This document shows, in pieces, positions 57,935 through 64,000 of a stretch of 64,000 nucleotides of DNA. Numbering within the stretch: the stretch's first letter is position 1; each line of letters begins with the position of its first letter. A program made the translations under genes and the position numbers. The DNA is taken from NCBI GenBank assembly GCA_041665465.1, contig JBAYIU010000001.1, positions 1,406,260 through 1,470,259 on the forward strand, in the 5' to 3' direction. The stretch is from Candidatus Woesearchaeota archaeon. Its GTDB lineage: Archaea > Nanobdellota > Nanobdellia > Woesearchaeales > GW2011-AR9. Below the pieces are notes generated by a model that saw only the letters and a list, made by a program, of their open reading frames with translations, was not told the origin of the DNA and ran no database searches.

Positions 57935-58678
57935 ATGACAACTACAATTGATTCATTAGACGTTTTATCAAGACATATAGATTCTCTTCCTGCTTTTGAA
58001 CTAGCTAGTAATCCCTTTATCAGATATTATTCAGGGGTTCTAGATGCTTGTGGTGAAGATCCTCGTGTTGAAGGAATAGTTGAAAGATTTAATTCTAAGA
58101 CTAAGGTTCCCGTAGAAATGGTAACTCAGCACCAAGATATTCTGTACGAAGCAACTCTAGCTGTAGCTAAAGATGAACCCTTAGCTGAAGAAGTTGGTTC
58201 TATCATGGATAAGTTTATTCAACCAGAGCATCCTCTTTATGCTTTACTTCAAGTTGCTGCTTCTGGTAATCCGGTTGATTATGATTTAGCAAGAGTACCT
58301 ATCCTTGCTTATCGTAAAGATCGGGCTAATCAACAATTTGATTTAGAGTTTGGGTTAGTCTTTGGTCCTCAAGATGATGATGCAGAGAAAGCTAGAAAAA
58401 GAGAGTTAAGAGCAAACTCTATTGAACAAAGAAGTGATTATGTTGAACAGAGAATGGCCGAAATCCAATCAAAAGATTCTCGTCGATTAGTTTACGAGAC
58501 TTTAAAAGATTCTCTAATAACATTAACTAGTGCTTATTCCATTGTCCTAGAAGAAACTCAGAAGACGTTTGATAGAGCAATTGCTACTTTAGATGGGGCT
58601 TATGAAAAATCTCAATTTATTATTCTTCCATTGCGGGAAGTAATTCCAGATGATGGTAAGATTATGATAAGAGTCTAA
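57935..58678 (+). CDS. Hypothetical protein (247 aa)
   Basis: ORF. Confidence 0.4.
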   Translation: MTTTIDSLDVLSRHIDSLPAFELASNPFIRYYSGVLDACGEDPRVEGIVERFNSKTKVPVEMVTQHQDILYEATLAVAKDEPLAEEVGSIMDKFIQPEHPLYALLQVAASGNPVDYDLARVPILAYRKDRANQQFDLEFGLVFGPQDDDAEKARKRELRANSIEQRSDYVEQRMAEIQSKDSRRLVYETLKDSLITLTSAYSIVLEETQKTFDRAIATLDGAYEKSQFIILPLREVIPDDGKIMIRV

Positions 58679-58756
58679 TTATTTTTCTATTTTTATTGTT
58701 ATTTTACCCTTTACAAACAAAAAGCTTCTTAAATCCCAAATATATCCTTAACTATA

Positions 58757-59410
58757 ATGACTAAAAAAGAAACTATTCTTGTTTTTGGAGCACATTCTGA
58801 CGATTTTGTGTTAGGGGCAGGAGGAACTCTGGCTAAATATAAAAAAGAAGGCAAGACGGTTATCTCAGTTATATTCTCTTTCGGTGAGAAATCTCATCCC
58901 TGGTTAAGGCAAACTATTGTACAACAGATGCGTTCCAAAGAAGCGATTGAGGCAAGTAATATTTTGGGAATGAGTCGTCTAGTTTTTTATGATTTAGAAG
59001 AACTTAAATTCTATGAAGAATATCAATCTAAGAATTTGGCGAAGGAATTGTTGGCTCTTATAGAAACAGAAGCTCCAACTAAGATTTTTACTCATAGTGC
59101 AGAAGATCTTCATCCTGATCATCAGGACGTTTACAAGATTACTATAGAGCTTTGGAAACTTCTACCAAAAACAGTTCGTCCAGAAGTTTATACCTATTCT
59201 ATCTGGAATCCCATATCACTAGATAATAAATACCCTTCATTATATGTTAATATCACCAAATACTTCACTCAGAAGATGAGAGCGCTGAAAACCTTCCGTA
59301 GTCAGAAGGTCTATATCGTTTATCCCATAATCTTACTATTATTCCGTTCATTAAAAGATGGATTAAGAATAAGAACACTTTTTGGGGAGAGGTTCTTTAG
59401 AATAAAATGA
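58757..59410 (+). CDS. PIG-L/LmbE-family N-acetylglucosaminyl deacetylase
   Basis: 'ILVFGAHSDDFVLGAGGTLAKY' (AHPDDE-like), 'HPDHQDV'. 4-nt overlap with the downstream GT4 gene. Confidence 0.75.
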   Translation: MTKKETILVFGAHSDDFVLGAGGTLAKYKKEGKTVISVIFSFGEKSHPWLRQTIVQQMRSKEAIEASNILGMSRLVFYDLEELKFYEEYQSKNLAKELLALIETEAPTKIFTHSAEDLHPDHQDVYKITIELWKLLPKTVRPEVYTYSIWNPISLDNKYPSLYVNITKYFTQKMRALKTFRSQKVYIVYPIILLLFRSLKDGLRIRTLFGERFFRIK

Positions 59411-60549
59411 CTCCTCTTGAACCTAAACTAAAATTATTGGTTGTTGCAGATACTTATTATCCCAAAGTTGATGGCATTCTTAGATTCATGGAAGAGTTTA
59501 TCAAGCGTTCTGAACATGATTTTGATCTCTCTCTGTTGGTTCCCAACCTTGGCTTGAAAAAAGGAAATAAAGTTACTTATTTAGAAACGTCTAAGTTCTT
59601 AAAAGTGTCTGGGTATCCAAGCATTAAATTTTCTAATCACAATAGAAAGATAATCAGAGAATCTGTCCAAAACGCTGATGTAGTATTTGTACAAGGTCCA
59701 GCTCTGGCTAGTTATTTAACCATTAAGTATGCTCATCGTTGTGGTAAACCTGTTGTGTTTTATGCTCATATTATTATTTGGGAATTATTTGAGAAATTTC
59801 TACCAAAAATATTTAATAAATTTATCTCTCGTTTAATCCGTCGTATAAACATAAAACTGTATAATAAATGTGGTGAAATTCTTGTTCCTTATCATGAACT
59901 TAAACATACCTTAGTTCATAATGGGGTAACTGTCCCTATTAGTGTAGCTAAGTTGGGAGTAGATATTGTTCGTTTTTCTCCTGTTCAAGATAAAAAACCT
60001 TGGAAGATAAAATTTGGAATTGATCCGGAAAAAACGGTTATTGGTTACGTGGGTAGAATATCTAAAGAAAAAAACGTGCCAGTATTATTAGAAGCATTTA
60101 ATAAATTACGTAATCGTCGTAATAATTTCTTATTAATGGTGGGAGATGGCCCGGATGAACAAGTGCAACCCTTTAAAGAAAATTCTCAATGTTTAGTTAC
60201 TGGATTTGTAGATAATGTTGAAGATTATCTTAAGGCCATGGATGTGTTTGTTATGCCCAGTTTGACTGAAACAACTTCTCTTGCAACTTTGGAAGCAATG
60301 TCTTCTGGATTGCCGGTAGTGGTTACTAAAGTAGGGTTTCAGAAACAGTATGTAGTTAAAGATTACAATGGGTTATTCTTCCCTAAGAATAGTCCTTCTT
60401 TGCTAGCTTTAAAGATCGAAAGAATCTTACGTCATTCTGAACTTAAATCGAGGCTTTCTCAGAATGCTCGTAAGACTATCTCTTATTCCTTCTCTTGGGA
60501 AAGGTCTATCAATCATATTAAACGTCTGCTGAAGAAACATAAAGAATGA
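59407..60549 (+). CDS. GT4-family glycosyltransferase (PIG-A/MshA/BshA-like)
   Basis: GT-B fold; C-terminal 'EAMSSGLPVVVT' E-x7-E region; 'GRISKEKN'. Confidence 0.85.
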   Translation: MTPLEPKLKLLVVADTYYPKVDGILRFMEEFIKRSEHDFDLSLLVPNLGLKKGNKVTYLETSKFLKVSGYPSIKFSNHNRKIIRESVQNADVVFVQGPALASYLTIKYAHRCGKPVVFYAHIIIWELFEKFLPKIFNKFISRLIRRINIKLYNKCGEILVPYHELKHTLVHNGVTVPISVAKLGVDIVRFSPVQDKKPWKIKFGIDPEKTVIGYVGRISKEKNVPVLLEAFNKLRNRRNNFLLMVGDGPDEQVQPFKENSQCLVTGFVDNVEDYLKAMDVFVMPSLTETTSLATLEAMSSGLPVVVTKVGFQKQYVVKDYNGLFFPKNSPSLLALKIERILRHSELKSRLSQNARKTISYSFSWERSINHIKRLLKKHKE

Positions 60550-60606
60550 TTTATATTGTGTATATGCAAAAAGTTTAAAAAAGCACGCTTAAAAGGGTGA
60601 TTAATC

Positions 60607-60864
60607 ATGAAAAACTACGTATTTGAAGAAGGAGAAGCACCAGCTGAAGAAGTATTGGAAGACGAAGATGCTACCGAAGAAGACGGCTTTAAGGAAGGAT
60701 TTGAAGATGATGAAACCGAAGCCCCAGAATGTTGCGAATGTGGTACGGCGGTAACCGCTGAAAAGAAAGTCACTCGCGAGATAGAAGGTGAGCAATATAT
60801 CTTCTGTTCCAAAGAATGTGCTGATGAATTCGAAGAAAGCCTAGGCGAACCGGAAGAAGGATAG
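60607..60864 (+). CDS. Acidic small protein with C-terminal TRASH/YHS-type metal-binding motif
   Basis: 'CxxC-x21-CxxxC' (CCECG...FCSKEC); Glu/Asp-rich N-terminus. Confidence 0.45.
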   Translation: MKNYVFEEGEAPAEEVLEDEDATEEDGFKEGFEDDETEAPECCECGTAVTAEKKVTREIEGEQYIFCSKECADEFEESLGEPEEG

Positions 60865-60892
60865 ACTTATTCCTTTTGTAATATTTTATCTA

Positions 60893-62602
60893 TTATTTTT
60901 CTAAACTCTTCTCGATCTTTTTAAGGTCCCAACAGTTTAACACATCCTTTTTCTCTGTCCAGCCACGTCGAGCAGATAGTAGTCCTAAAGGATAGTATCC
61001 TAACTGGCTTTTCTGGTGAGCATCGGTGCTGATAACAACCCTACATCCAGCTTGTATGGCTGATTTAACTTGCAGCCCATTTAAGTCCATTCTTTCGGGA
61101 GAAGAGTTGATTTCTAAAAAGACGTTCTTTTGTTTAGCTGCTTCAAATACTCTCTCTAGGTTTATATTTATCTCTGGACGATGTCCATGCTCAATCCCAG
61201 TAGGATGACCCAAAATATTTATTGGGTAATTATTTAAACATTTTATTATTCGAGCAGTCATCTCTTTCTCTGGCATTTGTAATGAAGTATGCACTGCTGC
61301 TATCACCACATCTAACTCTTTAAGTTTAGATTTGGGCAGAGTTAGAGTGCCGTCTTTCTGAATGTCAATCTCTATTCCCGAAAAGACTCTGATTCCTACT
61401 TTCTTTCTAACCTTCTCGATTTCTTTTAAGTATTGAATTAAGCGTTTTTCAGTTAGGGGATTAACTATCCCTAATCTGCTGTAATGGTCATTGAAAGAAA
61501 TGAATTTCATCCCTATTCTTTCTGCTTGCTGAGCCATTTTTAATATTGAGTTTTCTCCATCGGACCAGGTAGAATGGTTGTGAAACAATCCTTTAATGTC
61601 CTTCAAAGTGATTAGTTTAGGAAGTTTATGTTGTAAAGCTGCTTCTATTTCTCCAGTATTCTCTCTCAATTCTGGTTCGATAAAGTTCATCCCTAATTTA
61701 TCATAAATCTCTTTCTCTGTGGTTCCAGCCACCCATACTTTATCTTTTAATCTGAACAATCCATATTCGCTGAGAGTATATCCTTTGGAGAGAGCTAGTT
61801 TTCTTAGCTGAATGTTGTGTTCCTTACTCCCGATGAAATAATTCATGGCTGAACCGAATTCTTTTTCTTTGACTACTCGTAAATCTACTTGCAATCCGTT
61901 GCTTAGACGAATGGAACTCTTAGTAGTTCCTTTATTGAGAATCTCTTTTACTTCCGGAAGTTTAGTAAATAAGTCAATTACTTTTTCTGGCTGAGTGGAA
62001 GTGGCTAAGAAATCTAAATCTCCAACTGTTTCTTTACCTCGGCGGAAAGATCCGGCAACTTCTATCTTTTTGGCAAAAGGTTGAGCTTTGAAATAAGCTA
62101 GAATCTCATTCACGATCGGAAGAGCCTGAGCATACAAGAAACGTTGAGGATTAGTCTTCAAGTAGTTGATTCCTTGCAAGAAATGTTTCTCTGTTTCTGC
62201 TCCAAACCCTGGAACGGTTCTTAACTTTCCAGTTTTGATCGCTTTCTCTAAGTCATCGACATTACTGATCTTCAATTTCTGATGAAGGATCTTAACTCTC
62301 TTTGGCCCCAATCCGGGGATTTGTAATAATTGTTCTAAATCAAACCCTACTTCTTTCTTCAGTTTGGTGTAATAATCTAATTTTCCGGTTTCTAGATATT
62401 GCTCTATTTTTAGAGCGATATGTTCTCCTATTCCGGGAATCTTCTGTAATTCTCCTCTTTGATGGATGGCTTCGATGTCTTCAGAAAGTGATTCGATAGA
62501 GCGAGCGGCATTTCGGTATGCCTGTGGTTTGAATTTAATTTCTTGCAGTTCTAGCAAGTCAGCGATTTCGTACAAGATTTTAGCTATTTCTAAGTTTTTC
62601 AT
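60893..62602 (-). CDS. Family X DNA polymerase with C-terminal PHP domain
   Basis: HhH motifs; 'GSFRRGKETVGDLDFL'; PHP 'HNHSTWSDG'. Start taken at MKNLEIAKIL (track extension to 62689 covers a GC-rich palindromic element). Confidence 0.88.
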   Translation of the reverse strand: MKNLEIAKILYEIADLLELQEIKFKPQAYRNAARSIESLSEDIEAIHQRGELQKIPGIGEHIALKIEQYLETGKLDYYTKLKKEVGFDLEQLLQIPGLGPKRVKILHQKLKISNVDDLEKAIKTGKLRTVPGFGAETEKHFLQGINYLKTNPQRFLYAQALPIVNEILAYFKAQPFAKKIEVAGSFRRGKETVGDLDFLATSTQPEKVIDLFTKLPEVKEILNKGTTKSSIRLSNGLQVDLRVVKEKEFGSAMNYFIGSKEHNIQLRKLALSKGYTLSEYGLFRLKDKVWVAGTTEKEIYDKLGMNFIEPELRENTGEIEAALQHKLPKLITLKDIKGLFHNHSTWSDGENSILKMAQQAERIGMKFISFNDHYSRLGIVNPLTEKRLIQYLKEIEKVRKKVGIRVFSGIEIDIQKDGTLTLPKSKLKELDVVIAAVHTSLQMPEKEMTARIIKCLNNYPINILGHPTGIEHGHRPEININLERVFEAAKQKNVFLEINSSPERMDLNGLQVKSAIQAGCRVVISTDAHQKSQLGYYPLGLLSARRGWTEKKDVLNCWDLKKIEKSLEK

Positions 62603-62799
62603 GTATTCCTCTTTTTGGGGAGAAGTAGTTGTTTTAAGTTTATAAAAATTTGGAAAAGCCACTGAACAGAGTGGTTTGTCCAGTGGCACTAACCTTCCAA
62701 ACCCTAAATCTTTTGGGAATCAGCCGTTCTAGAGAAGCCACTCCCGCACTGGACAACCTCAGCTAGAATATATAAAGGGGTTCTGCTCTTAGGTTTATT

Positions 62800-63642
62800 A
62801 TGGAAACGCACAATGCTTTGGTGGTCTTTGAGGGTAAGAATCTCCGTAGAACTTGGCACAACGAACAATGGTATTTTTCGGTGGTGGATATTGTGGCAGT
62901 TTTAACCGAGAGTGTAGATTCTAAGGATTATTGGTATAGATTGAAGCAAAGAGAACTTGAATCAAGCGGAATTGAGTTATCGACATTTTGTCGACAACTG
63001 AAATTACTTTCAGCAGATGGTAAATATTATGAGACGGATTGTGCTAATACTGAATCATTATTTCGTATCATTCAATCCGTTCCCTCAAAAAAAGCAGAAC
63101 CGTTCAAGCTGTGGTTAGCTAAGGTGGGTTATGAACGTATCCAAGAAATAGAGAACCCAGAACTCGCTCAGAAACGGATGAGAGAAATATACAAAGCTAA
63201 AGGTTATTCAGATGAGTGGATTGAGAAACGGGTCAGAGGTATCACAGTAAGAGATGAATTGACTAGTGAATGGGATAAACGGGGAATAAAGAAAGAAAAA
63301 GAATTTGCTATTTTAACTGCGGAGATCTCTAAAGCTACGTTTGATATGGCTCCCCATGAATATTCTAAATTCAAGGGGCTAAAGAAAGAACCTTTACGAG
63401 ATCATATGAATGATTTAGAACTAATTTTTACTATGTTAGGAGAAGCTTCTACTACCAGAATAGCTAGAAACAAGGACGCTCAAGGTTTTCCTGAAAACCA
63501 ATCTGCGGCGAAGAAAGGCGGACAGATTGCTGGTGATGCTAGAAAGAGTCTAGAGGTAGAATCAGGAGAAGCAGTAGTTACTTCTGAGAATTATCTTCAA
63601 GAACCAGAAAAAAAGAAAAGGAAGCAGTTAAGAGGTAAATAA
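62800..63642 (+). CDS. Bro-N-like DNA-binding-domain protein (phage antirepressor/DinD-like), compositionally atypical
   Basis: N-terminal 'FEGKNLRRTWHNEQWYFSVVDIVAVL' Bro-N-like pattern; higher GC; TATA (ATATATAAAG) 22-31 nt upstream. Confidence 0.4.
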   Translation: METHNALVVFEGKNLRRTWHNEQWYFSVVDIVAVLTESVDSKDYWYRLKQRELESSGIELSTFCRQLKLLSADGKYYETDCANTESLFRIIQSVPSKKAEPFKLWLAKVGYERIQEIENPELAQKRMREIYKAKGYSDEWIEKRVRGITVRDELTSEWDKRGIKKEKEFAILTAEISKATFDMAPHEYSKFKGLKKEPLRDHMNDLELIFTMLGEASTTRIARNKDAQGFPENQSAAKKGGQIAGDARKSLEVESGEAVVTSENYLQEPEKKKRKQLRGK

Positions 63643-63666
63643 GTTTCTTTATCTCCCTTCATTTCA

Positions 63667-63830
63667 CCCATAATCACAGAAAACTTCGTTTTCTTGGTTA
63701 GGGTAAAATCCTTCGAGTTTGCCCATAACCACAGAAAATCTTATTTTCTTAGTTTTGTGTTCTGCCACAAAACCACAGAAAACTCCGTTTTCTTAGTTAG
63801 GGTAAAATCCTTCGGGTTTACCCATAACCT
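63667..63830. repeat. Array of about 2.5 direct repeats (44-55-bp period) each containing CCACAGAAAAC, a palindrome AGAAAAC-N3/4-GTTTTCT, and a GGGTAAA...TTT(A/G)CCC inverted repeat; immediately upstream of the leuS BRE/TATA
   Basis: Copies centred at 63675, 63730, 63774; read directly. Confidence 0.6.
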
Positions 63831-63861
63831 TTAAAAACCACCCTTCACTCCCTTCCTCGAT

Positions 63862-64000
63862 ATGGTTTTAGAATGGAACTCTCTGCAAGATAAATGGCAG
63901 AAAGCGTGGCAGGAAGCACAATTAGGTAAAGCTAGCGTCAAAAAGAACAAAGATAAGTTCATGATGATCTTTGCCTATCCGGGTGTTTCTGGTTACTTAC
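63862..64000 (+). CDS. leuS: Leucyl-tRNA synthetase, N-terminal fragment (continues beyond window)
   Basis: 'DKWQKAWQEAQL...KFMMIFAYPGVSGYL' parallels archaeal LeuRS 'EKWQKRWLEAKIF...KFYITVAFPYLSGHLH'. Confidence 0.55.
   Translation, partial: MVLEWNSLQDKWQKAWQEAQLGKASVKKNKDKFMMIFAYPGVSGYL

Noticed and set aside
43134-62499. Other short overlapping ORFs (43134..43316, 44856..45059, 47963..48208, 48568..48810, 50015..50260, 52819..53013, 53201..53419, 54596..54850, 56680..56895, 60601..60812, 61026..61208, 62302..62499)
   Set aside because: All lie antisense or out of frame inside larger motif-supported genes.
62603-62689. N-terminal extension of PolX to Met at 62689
   Set aside because: Extension has no PolX-like sequence and covers a GC-rich palindromic element; MKNLEIAKIL start (62602) is conventional for HhH PolX N-termini.
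1-64000. CRISPR arrays, rRNA genes, transposases/integrases, restriction-modification genes
   Set aside because: No spacer-interspersed direct repeats, no rRNA-like conserved stretches, and no recognisable transposase/integrase/methyltransferase motifs found on either strand.

Overview
AT-rich archaeal chromosomal segment (about one third GC by eye) with dense gene packing, a BRE/TATA-type promoter and an intron-containing tRNA. Archaeal informational genes: serS, thrS, a partial leuS, a partial class IIc aaRS, rpl21e-rpoF-DUF655 cluster, rpoL, elp3, orc1/cdc6, PolX, a single-polypeptide PriS-PriL primase, a Hel308/Ski2-like helicase and a DEAD-box helicase. The dominant feature is one uninterrupted 13.1 kb ORF (2082..15179) encoding a 4365-aa, Asn/Ser/Thr-rich, sequon-saturated, highly modular surface protein with N- and C-terminal membrane anchors and long intragenic nucleotide repeats. 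Gene content, the fused primase, the giant surface protein and the non-canonical tRNA intron suggest a small-genome, possibly DPANN-like, archaeon (inference). Other notable items: a RelA/SpoT-type HD-domain protein; a PIG-L deacetylase plus GT4 glycosyltransferase operon (GPI-like glycolipid route); a RelE/ParE-type toxin-antitoxin pair with operator-like repeats; an ORB-like/palindromic direct-repeat array upstream of leuS next to a compositionally atypical Bro-N-like gene; a membrane-anchored coiled-coil lipase-like protein; a small zinc-ribbon ORF missing from the ORF track; and several compositionally atypical hypothetical genes. No CRISPR array, rRNA, transposase or integrase was recognised. 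The strongest candidate for a novel system is the giant glycoprotein and its glycosylation and lipid-anchor context. All calls rest on motif-level reading of the translations.
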